Positions 22,835-35,037 of a DNA stretch of 64,000 bases are shown here, one piece after another (the first letter of the stretch is position 1; each line of letters starts with the position of its first letter). Location of the stretch: contig CP145410.1 in assembly GCA_036867785.1 (NCBI GenBank), forward strand, positions 62,001 to 126,000, written 5' to 3'. The notes below the pieces were generated by a model. That model made no database searches and was not told the origin of the DNA. It saw only the letters and a program-made list of their open reading frames with translations. The stretch is from Plasmodiophora brassicae. Taxonomy: Eukaryota. A program made the position numbers and the translations under genes.

Positions 22835-25800
22835 TCACTGCTGGGTCCATTGCTGGTGGATTGCGTTCAGGGCCCGACGAAGGTGTTTGTAGAGCGGCTC
22901 CAGGTCGGCGCACATCACGCGCTCCATGACGGTCAGCCCTCGGTGCAGGACGGCGACTTGCGCGGTGCACGCGTTCCGCAACGCGTCCACCTGGCTGGCG
23001 TCTTCCGGGTGATCCGCCTTGTACTTATCGCTCAGGAACGATGCCCTGTAAACCTCCAGGCCGCCGTTGACCGCCGCGTCAATCGTTCCTGCGCCGACCG
23101 GGGTGACTCCCAATATTTGACAGCGACGTCGCAGCAGGCGGTACTACCGTTAAGCTGCATGGAGAGGGCATTGATACGCCCGGGCGTGTCTTTCGTATCG
23201 CCTTCTACATAGTCACAGCAGCGTGCGATGCTGGCCGTCTTCTCCTGGACCTGCTCCAGGGCCGCTTGCAGCGCCGTCACCGTTTCGGTACGACGCGCGA
23301 CGACCGGCTGCCGGCGGAACAGGCACGGGAACCGGTCGCGAACGCTGATCACCGTCCGCGTGGTGGTGACATTACTGACGGCACCTGGGCCCGGGCAGTA
23401 CGTGTACGAGAACTGGGACGAATCCGTCATTGTCAGGCGTTCGCGGGCACGAACGGGCGCGCTCTCCGGCATGGCGAACTGAGCCACAACGTGGCATCGG
23501 CAGACGAGGATCGTCGCGTTGTCGCCTGCAGTGTCAACCGCACCCGCCATCGTCATCGTTGACGTCGTCGACCACGTCCACGTCGACGACGACGTGTTCA
23601 CAACCTGCGCCGAATGCATCAGGACCCGGCAATCTGCGAGCGGGCACCTGCTGACCTTGGCGTACGGGTACACGATGCGGATCCGGTTCGTGAATTCCAG
23701 CACGGTCTCCCCAACGTCCAGTCGGTACACGAATTCCCGGTCGGAGACTACCCATGGCGAACGTTCACTGCCCGCGGGGACGTTAACGGTGCGCGCCAGG
23801 CGATTACCGCTCGGGTCGTGCCATCGTGTGCTTCTGGAGAACAGGGCGCGGCAGTACAGCGGGTACAGGCGGTCCTCGCTGTGCATGCGGTCGACCAACT
23901 CGGCGCGTACCGCGCGGCACGAGCCCGGATCGGCGTCCGGGCCGGTGTACCCGAACATGAGGCGATCGCAGATGCTGGCCGCTCGCTCTGCAACGTGCCA
24001 GGCGTCAAGCAGCTAGCCGGCACCCTTTGCGCCCACGCCCACCGTATTCATTGCATTCGACGAAGGTCTGTCTGGCGCGTAGCATCTCCTGCGATCGTCG
24101 CGGATCGTTCCCCGGGTACTGTTCGGCGCGCAGGCGGAAGGCGGCACTGAGCTCGGGGTCGTTCCCCAGGGCGCCATGCAGGCGAATGAGAATGTCGGCG
24201 GCCGTCTGTCGCAATTGCCTCGCCTCGACGCCCTCCAGCTGCGACAAGGCCTGCTCGACTAGGCCTGCAACCTGATCCTCATGGCGCCGCGACGTCGACA
24301 GGTCACTGGCGGCCGCCAACAGGTCCACAGCGTTCGCGTGCAGTGTCAGCGTCTGGGAGCGTAACCACGTCGAGCAGGATCGTGACAGTTCCGCCAACGA
24401 CCGTCCCGATGATCGTAACGCGCCCAGGGCGGCGTCAACGATCATCTGGCGCTTGCCGGTGGGCACTCGCTCGATCAGGCGGTTGTACAGGTCGTGCAGG
24501 ACGAGGTCCTGGTGCTCCCCCAGCGTCATGACGTGACGGGTGACCTGCTCCAGGAGATCGTCATCATCGACCGTGATGGGCGTATCGCGTGACAGGGCTT
24601 GCACCAGGGTCGCCAGCACATGCAGAAGTCGAGGGCGCACGATACCGATCAGGTGCTTAACGATATAGGCTGCCCGTCGCCGTCGTACGCCATGCAGGTC
24701 CATATCGGCGACGGTCAGAGCGGCGAGCACGACGGGGACCAGATCACAATCCAGGGAGATGGCCTCGATCAGGTCGGCGACGGCGCCGATCTCCAGGACG
24801 CGCATGACGACCTGGTTCGGGTCGAACGCTGACCTGGCAAGCGTTGACCGCGCCCAGGAGAGCAGAGCCCCGCACTGCTGGACGCGTACCGACGATGGCG
24901 ATAGGCGACGGACGGCGGCTGCGATCAAGGCGGACAGCGAAGGCGACATGTCGTGCGCCTCCAGGATCGTTTGGCAGTGGTCGGCGAGCAGCGACGATTC
25001 CCGGGTCGATGCGCACCTGGGCGCCAGGTACGGCAGGACCAGCGAGACGAGCGTGCGCGATTCCACCGCTGTAGTGCAGGACAGCACCGTCTCCGTGGAC
25101 ATAACGCCCAGGCGCAGGCACGACTTGATGAACGGGACAGGGCACGTTACGCGGCGCAGAAGGCGCGCCGTCAACGCGCCCAGCGATGCCCATCGGCACA
25201 GCAGCGGCACCAGGTCCTGCACCAACGCAGGTGCCGCGTTCGGGTCGCCGACCACTAATCCAGAGGAACGCGTCAAAGACAGAATGGGCGCGCGCGCGTG
25301 CGCAGCACAGGCGGGTGCCGACCTTTTTCGAGCGCGTCGCCCAGTTGATCAGGTGCGTAGGTGCGTCGGGACGTCGACTGCGCCCCAGTCATGATATCGT
25401 TCGCGATCTGGTGGATGCGCACGGCGAACGCGTCGTCGATGCCGGCGTAGTGGTGCACGAGGCCCCGCAGAGCGATGTCGACGAGGTGCGGGTCGGTGCG
25501 GGCCGCGCAGTCCGGCGCCGTGTGCGCGTGCAGCTCGAACACGCACCGGTAGCAGGACCGGCACGCCGGGTTGCGTTCGGCATACGCGATGCACACCGGC
25601 AGCAGAGCATCTGCAAAGCGCCGCGCATCGTCCATTCGCACCGCATCGAAGTTGGCATCGGTCAGCGCGGCAGCGCGCCCGCCGATCAGGACCGCCAGGT
25701 CCGCGTTGTCGGGGACGGTCGACGACCACAGCGTCGTTGTCAGCGCTACGGACTGACGGGTTACCTGCCCGGTGGAAGGGTGCAGGACCGGGACGGATGC

Positions 25801-27009
25801 CGGCGTCCGAATCAGAACAAGGTGACCGTTCGAGAGGCGCCTGGCGAACGGTACGACCGCGTACCCGAGCGGTGTGTGCCGCTTCTTTTGGGTCGTCGTG
25901 CAGTGCTGCAATTCGAAGCGCATGGCGATGGTGCACTCGTGCCCGGCGAGCGCGTTCAGGTCGATGGTGAACTGTTCGTCGACCTGCGCCTGCGACGCGT
26001 GGTACAGCAGCGTGCCGTCGAACGTCGTTAGCAACGGGCCGTTGCAGTGGCGACGCAGGCACGACGGGTACGCGACGTCATTGCAGCAGGTCACCGACAC
26101 GCGCCAGCCGACGTTCATCTGCGACTTCTTGAGCAGGCCGACCGACGACGACGACATGTCGAGCTGGTGGACCCGGACGAGTAACAACGACGTGTCCGCG
26201 TCTGGCAGGCGGCTGTCGTAGACGGTCAGCCTCTGGTCGCCCGCCGGGTGCTGGTCGACCCGCGTCTCGATCTGCACACAGAACGCGCGCCCGCGCCTGC
26301 TGCCTAGGTCCTGGCTGGTCGGGTCATCGCCGTTCAACTGCAGGAGGCGGTCGTGGAGGCGCGCCCAGTACCGGTCGTGAGCGGGAGTGTGGATCAGCAG
26401 TTGATGCAGGTCTGCGTCGAACGGCCCGGGTATAATGCCGACGCCTAGGGGGCGACGCCACCGCTGCTGAATCGTGTACAGGCGGCAGACGATGGCCAGG
26501 TCCCCGTCCGGTACCTCGCCAAGGTCAACCGAGATCCATTCGCTCGCGATCGACGTCTGCCCGGGCGATGCCATCGTTAAATGATCGTCGGTCAGCTGGA
26601 CGCGCCTCCGACGATCGTACAGGTGCAGGCAGATCTGCACAGGGTCGGAAACGGGCAGGAACGCCGACGTTATCCGAAACGTAACGAACGAGGTCGGCGC
26701 CCTGACGGACGTCGTGGGTGTCTGTGAAGTCACCGCCGACGGCGGCGGTGCGGCAAGGACATCGCTGGAGTGCGCCTGCAGGGCGCCAATCGGGTCCAGC
26801 GCGTCGATCGGCACGTCATCGAGCCCATCGGGGATAACGCACCCGTCGCAGAGGACGCGGGACCGGGTGCGCTCAGTGGAAAGGTCATGCAGGGATTCGC
26901 TGGCGCCCAGCAGACGTGCCGCCTTGCTGCTGACGCCGATGCTGGACCTCGACCCGAGGCTGGCGGGGATGCGCGCCCCGCCCACGCTGTTGTTCGGGGA
27001 CACCGCCAT
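22835..27009 (-). CDS. DOCK-family Rho GEF with DHR-1/C2-like and DHR-2 domains, divergent
   Basis: C-terminal LSMQLNG|TIDAAVNGGLEVYRASFL matches the DHR-2 catalytic loop; C2-like region LLYHASQAQVDEQFTIDL...RFELQHC...PLGYAVVPF. Confidence 0.8.
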
Positions 27010-27403
27010 GACCAATCAGCAAACGGCAGCAGGCGGCAGCGGCGAGGGTGGAACCTTGAAATCTGCAGAGAGCGACGTGGGCCCAGCCAGGAGGCAGTCA
27101 CAGACAGTGCATATCCGGACGAGCGCCGCCGCCACGTATCTTCCTGTATCGGACAACGACCCATCGCACTCGACCAGTACACGGGAGACCCCGCCCGAGG
27201 CCACTTCGCGATACGCGACGTCGCTGCCGACCTGTCAGCCCTGCGATGTCCGCCCAGGCCCAGGTTCCACCCAAACAGACCGTCAGACTTGACGGTGACT
27301 GCTACGCGCGAAAAGCACCAATCGCTGGCTGGACACGCCGAACGGGGATGCCGATGGCAAACAGAGGGTCGCTAGCCACAGCGCAGCCCGCCAGGCGCTG
27401 AAG

Positions 27404-27466
27404 ATGACGCTGTGGAGCTGCACTCTGTGGAGCTGCACTCTGTGGAGCTGCACTCTGTGGAGCTGA
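27404..27466 (+). promoter_or_regulatory. Candidate Trp-rich u[23 protein letters not shown] upstream of AROM
   Basis: aagATG at 27404 reads through four repeat units to TGA at 27464-27466, in the same frame as the AROM ATG at 27596. Confidence 0.35.
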
Positions 27467-27560
27467 GAGTGGAGCTGCACTCTGTAGAGCTGCACTCTGT
27501 GCAACTGCACTCTGTAGAGCTGCACTCTGTGGAGCTGCACTCTGTGGAGCTGCACTCTGC
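27410..27560. repeat. 15-bp minisatellite (CTGTGGAGCTGCACT), ~10 copies
   Basis: Directly visible tandem array with one interrupted unit and three variant units. Confidence 0.95.
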
Positions 27561-27595
27561 ACCGCGTGGGACGTTGTTGTGGTCCGCGGACAGGG

Positions 27596-30500
27596 ATGAC
27601 GGCCGACGATGTCGTGATCGACGTCGCGGCGTACAGGGCGCACATCGGCGTCGGGCTGCTATCGCGGGCAGCGCCGATCGTGGCCGATGTGGTGCCACAG
27701 TCGTCGACGAGCACGGTCGTGGTCTTGGTGGACGCCGGCGTGCCGCCCGGGACGTGGGACGCCCTCGCCGCCGGCCTCCGCCCCCTGTACAACCGCGTCA
27801 TCGTCCACGTCCTGTCGACGTTACCGAACGGGGAACAATGCAAGACACGTGATGTGAAGGCAGGGCTGGAGGACTTCCTGCTCGCGAACGAATGCGGACG
27901 GGACACCGCGTTGGTGATCGTGGGAGGCGGCACCGTCGGCGACCTGTGTGCGTTCGTGGCCGCCACGTATATGAGAGGCATCCCATATATTCATGTACCG
28001 ACCACGCTGCTCGCCATGGTTGATTCATCGATCGGTGGCAAAACCGGCGTCAATACGCCTCGCGGCAAGAACCTCATCGGTGCGTTCCACCAGCCGAGAG
28101 CGGTCCTGTGCGACCCGGCAGTGCTGTCGTCGCTCCCCGACCGTCATGTGTCCAATGGCATGGCGGAAGTCATCAAATCCGGCGCCATCTTCTCGTCATC
28201 GCTGTTCGCCGCCTGCGAGGAGCGGTCGGCGCAGATCATGGCCAAGGACATGCGCTGGCTGACGACGGTGATCGTCGAATCGGTCGCGATCAAGGCCCGC
28301 GTCGTCATCAATGACGAACGCGAGTCGGGCATGCGTTCGTCGCTGAACTTTGGCCATTCGATCGGGCACGGCATCGAATCGGTGACGGGCATGCTGCACG
28401 GGCAGGCGGTCGCTATTGGAATGGTTGCCGAGGTATGGAGCGCGTCACCGTGTTGCCGGTCGCTTCTGTAAACGCTGCGCTACAGGCTCGTTTGACGTCG
28501 GCAACCATCGCACAACGTATCGCCGACTGTGTGTCCTTGTATGCGTTGCCAACGTCGATCCCAGAGGGCGTCGACATGCGCGCCGTCCTGCAACGTATGT
28601 CTGTCGACAAGAAGAACGCCGGTGGGCGGAAGCGCGTCGTTCTTCTCGACACGATTGGTCGGGTTCGTTCAGAGCCATCCTGGACGACGGCCGTCACTGA
28701 CGAGGAAATTCGTCTCGCTGTCGTTGGTCACGACGGGTTCATTGTTTCGCGCTCCAGTGCCCCGCTCTGTGGCGCTGTTCGCGTTCCCGGTTCCAAGTCC
28801 GTTTCAAACCGTGCACTGATCCTGGCCGCTCTGGGATCCGGACGGTGCAAACTCAACGGGATGTTGTTCTCGGAGGACACCCGCGTCCTGATCAATTGTC
28901 TTCGCGCGCTCGGCGTCGTCATTGCGATTTCCGAAGATGGTAGCGTGCTGGTGACCGGGTCCAGCGGGCGGCTCTCTGAGCCATCGGCCCCGCTTTTCGT
29001 CGCTAATGCTGGTACGGCCGCCCGGTTCCTGACCGCTGCTCTGTCTTTGCTTCCCGTTGGCACTTCCGCTGTCCTGACTGGCTCATCGCGAATGCACGAG
29101 CGTCCCTGTGCCGACCTGATCGACTCGCTGACGAAGCATTGCTCCGTTCGCATTGATTGCCTCGGACGCCCTGGCTGCTTGCCGATTCGCGTTCACGGTC
29201 GCGGTGGATTCCCAGGCGGACCTGTTCGTCTGGACGCATCTGTCAGCTCCCAGTTTGCATCCGCCGTGCTCCTCGCGGCTCCGTTCGCTGCTGCCCCTGT
29301 CAAGCTCGTGCTCGGCGCCGATACCGTCAGTCGGGATTACATCACGCTTACCGTTGCCATGATGCAAGCGTTCGGCGCGTCCTGCTCTACAGCGTCCAAT
29401 AACGAATACGATGTCGAAGCCACGGGAGCGTACGCGAACCCGCCGGAATATGATATCGAAGGCGACGCATCCTCTGCGACGTATCCGCTTGCGTTAGCGG
29501 CAGTAACTGGAGGCACCGTTACCGTCAGGAACGTCGGTTCGTCAAGTTCCCAAGGCGATGCCCGGTTCGCAGTTGATGTCCTCGAAGCCCTGGGATGCAA
29601 GGTCGAGCAGACACGCGACTCGACGACGGTAACGGGACCAACCGGGCCTCTTCAGGCCATTGATATCGACATGGGCCCTATGACGGACGCGTTCATCACA
29701 CTGGTGGCCTGTGCGGCCGTGGCTCAAGGTCGAACGTTCATCCGCGGGATTGCCAACCAGCGCGTCAAGGAGTGCAACAGGATCGCTGCCTGCGTCTCGC
29801 AATTGGCTCTACTGGGCGTACCCGCTGGCGAACTGCCCGACGGTCTCTGGGTCGACGGGCGCCCTGGCTTGCGGGTCTCTGGACCTCCCGCCCGCATCGC
29901 GTGCTTCAAGGACCATCGTATCGCCATGGCGTTCACTGTTCTCGGCGCCCGGACCGGGTCGGTCGTCATCACGGATCCACTGTGCGTCAACAAGACGTAC
30001 CCATCGTTCTGGGATGACGTCCGTCTGCAACTACATGGCACCGTGTCCGTTTCCGAACCAGAACGTCGCGTTGAATCCAACATCGTGTACCTGATTGGCA
30101 TGCGAGGCTCCGGGAAGACGCGTCTTGGCCGCAACGCTGCTGAACGTCTCGGCCACCAGTTTGTCGACCTGGACGCCGAAATTGAGAAGCGCTGCTCGTC
30201 AACCGTCGCAGAATACGTGGAGCGGAACGGGTGGCCAGCGTTTCGCTCAATGGAACTCGAAGTTCTTCGCGATGTGACGTTTGGAAAAACAATGGTCGAC
30301 CCATCTGCGAAAGCCATTGTCTCCTGCGGCGGTGGCATTGTCGAATCGCCTGAAGCTGTGGCATTGCTTGGAACACGATCGAACGTCGTCGAGATCCGTC
30401 GCGCGCTGCGTGACCTCAAAGCCGATCTGGAAGCCGATAAGACACGGGCCGTGCTTCCCGATAGCGCTGACGACACATGGGCGAGACGACGGCCCCTGTT

Positions 30501-32477
30501 CGAAGCCGCCAGCCGAACCGAATTCTACATTGGCGCCGGAGATCGCGACTGGGATCGCCTTGGCGGCGAACTCGCGCATCTGATTGCGCGTCTGGGACGC
30601 GGTGACGATCAAGTCGGTGATCAGCGCCGCTCGCCCTTCATGCTGTGCTTGACGTGTCGAGACATCCTGGGTCTCCCTCCCGGTCGTCTTGGCGCTATCT
30701 GCGAAACGGCGGACGTTGTCGAACTAAGGCTGGACTACCTGGACGCCAAGGATGATCCGGATTCGGTTCGAGAGCAGTGGGCGGCTCTACGGTTGGCCCT
30801 TGGACATCAACCTGTTATCTGGACCGCTCGAAGCGTGGGTGAAGGTGGCCGTGTCGCAAACGACGTTGCGTTCAAGCTGCTGAAACTTGGAGCGCGTCTT
30901 GGAGTCGAGTATTTGGACGTCGAGGCATCCTTCCCAGCTGCTGCCCGTGCAGATGTACTGGACAGTGTCACGAAGGCGACTCGAGTGATTGGTTCCCTAC
31001 ACAGCTCCAGAAGCGAGGTCAACGAGGAGATGTTTACGGCCGCTGAATTGGACGGGCGCGCTGATGTGGTCAAAGTTGTGACGACCGCCAGGACAGTGGA
31101 CGACGCCCTGGACATTGTCCAGCACGCCCGCCGGTACCGTTCGAGGCGTCCGAACACGACATGGTAATCATCACGCTCTTCCAGATGCCTGTTCTCTTTG
31201 GCTGACCATGTTCGAAGCATCGCACTGGCGATGGGCGATGCCGGGCGCCTCTCGCGCGCGCTGAACCCTGCGTTCACTCCCGTGACGCATCCCGATCTGA
31301 GCCCTTCCGCACCGGGTACACCTGTGATCATCTTCCGTCTGAAATTTGCGACTGATGCCTTGCTGGTCAGGGCAAGTATCCCTGGCTGCCCTGAATGCTC
31401 TTCGTTATGCTATCGGCGCGATAGCCGTGCGCCAATTCTACCTGTTTGGAGGTCCATCCATCGTGTCGTCGCCGTCTCCTGCGCTCCACAACCAGGCGTT
31501 TGCGTTGTGCGGTCTTCCGTACTCGTACGCGACCGCTGTTTCGGAGACCGGTCACGTCACTGATGACATTCGGCGCATCATCAAGGACGACAGCTTTGGC
31601 GGCGCGTCTGTCACGATTCCCCTCAAGGAGGCCATTATCGACGTGGTATCGCTTTGCGTCGCTGGACGGAGGATCCAATCCATTTGACCACGTGTTCGCT
31701 GTAGCTGGACGGCACAACTGCCACTGCTGGGCGGATCGGGGCGGTCAACACGATTATTCGGGATCCGGAAGACGCCGCTCGTCGCATTGGCGACAATACC
31801 GACTGGATCGGCGTTCGTGATTGCCTGCAACCACATCTGCGCCCGGGTCGTCGTGCAGCAGTTGTCATTGGAGCGGGCGGTATGATGGTCTGGCGCTCGC
31901 CGGAAGACGGCTCCCCGCTGACGTTCCAGTTAGGCACAGCGAAAGCCGCGCTGTTCGCGCTTGAACAGCTTGGGTTCGATCTGGGTCGCGTCCATCTGCA
32001 TAACAGGACCGTCGAGCGCGCGCATGCAATCGCGACCGTGTTCGGGTGCCGCGTGCTGTCTGACCTCGACCGGGATGCCGTTCCCGACGTTGACGTACGT
32101 ACTGACCCTGCTCCGTGTGCGCGGCTGATTAACCAATACTAGCGTAGGTCATTATTAACACGGTGCCGGGCCACGTTGCCATGACCGTGCCCGAGCGTTA
32201 CCTGCAGGACTGCCCGTTAGTCCTGGACGCGAACTACGCTAGAGACGGGACAGGCAACGACCGCGCTGCGTTGCGCCGCCGACCGTTGACTGACACTGGC
32301 TGTACTGTAGCGCTGATGAAGCAGGCCGAGTCGCATGGGTGCACGGTGGTGTCGGGCCAGGCAATGCTCCTGTATCAAGGCGCTGCCCAGTTCGCCGTCT
32401 GGACTGGGATGCGCCCGCCCGTAACCGTGATGCGTAACGCCGTTCAGCAGTTCCTTGCCGCCAAACCTGGCCACTAA
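27596..32477 (+). CDS. ARO1: Pentafunctional AROM polypeptide (DHQ synthase, EPSP synthase, shikimate kinase, type I DHQase, shikimate dehydrogenase)
   Basis: In order: [114 protein letters not shown]. Confidence 0.96.
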
Positions 32478-32673
32478 ACCAACGTGACGTTAGTCATCAC
32501 GGCGCCGCCTGGTTCGGGTCTGCTTACATAGTAGGGCGCACACGACCCGCTACACATTGGCACGAAGACGTCTCTGCCCGCACCCAATGGGTGGGCAGTC
32601 GCGCCTGTTGAATAGTACGCATCGATCTGCAGCGGGTGCGCGCCACCAGTCAGCCCCCCGGGTCTGCCTGCTA

Positions 32674-33582
32674 ATGGCACGCACGCTGCCGAGTGCGGGG
32701 TACCGACGAAAGTGCGTGGGAGCGGCCACGCATTTTCGCACAATTGCGTCGACGCACCCGTCGGTGGCCGCCGCCAACGACGCCGACCTGCCGCAGGGCG
32801 CCGGTCCGCACATGACCGGGTCCATGCGCGTCTGGCCAGACGACACGCCGATCCGCGAGTTCTTCAACAGCACCGTGGCACTGCAGACGGCGTTGCCGCA
32901 GGATCGCCTGGACGCTGTCGTGGCCTCCCTGCTCCGCGAGGGGTTCGGCACGTTCGGCGTCCTCCGATCCGTCGTCGAGATATACGACCAGGCACCCAGT
33001 CCCGCGCACGCACTTCAGATGTGCGTGCAGCCGCCGATGCCGCTCGGCGTGTGCTTCGTCGTCGCCAAGCACCTGGTCGCCACCGGGCCGCCACCGCCGC
33101 ACCCATCGGCGGCGACGCACACGCCGCGCAGTCCGAAGGCCGCGCCGCCCAGTCCCACGCACCCGATGACGCTGCTGGTGCGTGCCACGGCGACGTCCGG
33201 CAATAACAGTTCCGCGCCGCCCGCGCCCGGACTGACCACCGGCGACGCACCGATCGCGGCCGCACTCCCCGCGCCGGGTGCGGACGCGGAGAGCAGCAGC
33301 AGCGAGGAGGAGGACTACCGGGTCAAGGGGGCCGCCGGCACCGTGCGGCACTCGGGCACGCATCAGTGCCCGTACTGCCCGAAACGGTTCCAGTACTGCC
33401 ACCTGCAGGATCACATCCGGTCGCACACGGGCGAGAAGCCGTTCGTCTGCCCGCACTGCGATAAGAACTTCAGCAGGAACAGCACCATGCGCCGGCACGT
33501 GAAACGATTGCACAAGCTGCCGCCGCCGCCGTCGCAGTACGTCGCACCGCACCGGGTCCAGGCCCCGCCTGCGCAATCGTAA
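32674..33582 (+). CDS. C2H2 zinc-finger protein with 2 fingers (start at 32674 or 32812)
   Basis: CPYCPKRF...HIRSH-TGEKPF-VCPHCDKNF...HVKRLH. Confidence 0.85.
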   Translation: MARTLPSAGYRRKCVGAATHFRTIASTHPSVAAANDADLPQGAGPHMTGSMRVWPDDTPIREFFNSTVALQTALPQDRLDAVVASLLREGFGTFGVLRSVVEIYDQAPSPAHALQMCVQPPMPLGVCFVVAKHLVATGPPPPHPSAATHTPRSPKAAPPSPTHPMTLLVRATATSGNNSSAPPAPGLTTGDAPIAAALPAPGADAESSSSEEEDYRVKGAAGTVRHSGTHQCPYCPKRFQYCHLQDHIRSHTGEKPFVCPHCDKNFSRNSTMRRHVKRLHKLPPPPSQYVAPHRVQAPPAQS

Positions 33583-33648
33583 CCTGAACCGGACGCCCCC
33601 GTGAATTAGCCGCCCCGCCGTTTACCTACTCATAATAGAGATTGACGT

Positions 33649-34764
33649 TCATTGGACAGCAGCGTGGCCGGTGCGTGGCGCCGTCATCTGCACGTGCCTG
33701 AACACGCGCACCGCCTTTCGCGCATCCGTGCCGAGGTGCGCAGGAACAACGCCAACAACAGCGATTCGAGCGTTGTTGTCCGGCGCGAGGCAGTCTCCCA
33801 GGAACCGGGTCAGTGCGTGCGCTCGTCTGTGTGCACCGGCGTCGCGTACGCACACGGCCAGCGCGGTGGCCGCCACGGCGTCGACGCCCACGGCCGAGTG
33901 CACGAAGTTGAACTTGGTGGTGGTCGTCCGGCGCCGCCCGTCGTCCCATTGGTGCAGGCGCATTTGCAGGACCCAGTGCCCGATGGTCGCCGATGGCGCC
34001 GACAGGCCACGCACGATCGCCTCGCGCACCGCACCCGCATCGGGGAACGACCGCGACGTCAGGCCCGGCACGGCCCCGTTCCTGGCGTCGGCTTTCAGCT
34101 CGACGACCCGCGTCGACCCCGGCCACATGTCCACGATGCGGTTCCCGGTGATGTTCACCAGCGAGAACGTTAAACGCGGGCGTCGCGCCGCGCTGACGAT
34201 GCCATCCGCCTTCGGCAGCGACGTCGTGGGTTCCGGCGGCGCGCTGTAGTGGCACAGGCGGAAGAACGTGCTGACGGCCGCTGTCACGGCCTGGACGTCG
34301 TCGATGGTGCTGTCGCCGACGCGGACGACGGTGCATTGCGAACGGTCCTGCCAGCAGGTGCCGATCAACGGTGCGTACACGTGCCGGAACAGCTGCCGGC
34401 GGGTGCGAACGATCAGGTCGACGTCAACGGGGACCCGGCGGGCGTGCGCGCCGATCGACAGCGTCCCGCGTTGACGATCGACGGTAACGTCGTCGCGAAG
34501 CACGAGGACGGCTCGTGTCAGGTGCGGCAGCGGTGCGTGCGAGCAGATCGCCTGCAGGCGCATCTGCTCGAGGAGCTGGACGTAGACGAGTTTCGGGGTC
34601 CAACCGGGGCCGATGTCCCCATCGGTACCGAAGTCCCGGTCGCAGAGATCGGCCCAGGGGATGCCGGCGCGGTATGCCCGTGCGACGCGCTCCAGTTGGA
34701 GCACGTCACGAGCCGGCAGGTAGGCGCATACCGGCGCCAGCACCTTGAGCAACGTCGACGACAT
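33649..34764 (-). CDS. F-box protein fused to a degenerate kinesin motor-like domain, intronless
   Basis: F-box-like VLAPVCAYLPARDVLQLERVARAYR...WADLC; colinear kinesin-like segments FSLVNITGNRIVDM, VPGLT, HWVLQMRL, KFNFVH and LTRFLGDCL. Confidence 0.65.
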   Translation of the reverse strand: MSSTLLKVLAPVCAYLPARDVLQLERVARAYRAGIPWADLCDRDFGTDGDIGPGWTPKLVYVQLLEQMRLQAICSHAPLPHLTRAVLVLRDDVTVDRQRGTLSIGAHARRVPVDVDLIVRTRRQLFRHVYAPLIGTCWQDRSQCTVVRVGDSTIDDVQAVTAAVSTFFRLCHYSAPPEPTTSLPKADGIVSAARRPRLTFSLVNITGNRIVDMWPGSTRVVELKADARNGAVPGLTSRSFPDAGAVREAIVRGLSAPSATIGHWVLQMRLHQWDDGRRRTTTTKFNFVHSAVGVDAVAATALAVCVRDAGAHRRAHALTRFLGDCLAPDNNARIAVVGVVPAHLGTDARKAVRVFRHVQMTAPRTGHAAVQ

Positions 34765-35037
34765 CAATGCCGAGGAACGCACCTCAGATATTCATTGCGA
34801 ATATCTTGGTCACCGGCGGGTCCCCGAATTAGACAAACGCGCCGGTGCCGGGTCGGGCGACTCCCGGACCGCCGCGTCCCGATGGCCAGCTGGCTGATCC
34901 GAAAGGGAGGCGCGGCCGGAAGAAGAGAGGCGAACTAGAGAGGGTTTCTGGCGCTCTATTTAACCATACCGGCGTCGTTTAATGTGATCGATTCGCATGG
35001 GTTGCCATGGTAAGCAACTAGTCTTGTACGTCGCCGT

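Noticed and set aside
27410-27560. CRISPR-like array
   Set aside because: Units are contiguous 15-mers with no unique spacers, no cas genes are nearby, and the context is eukaryotic.
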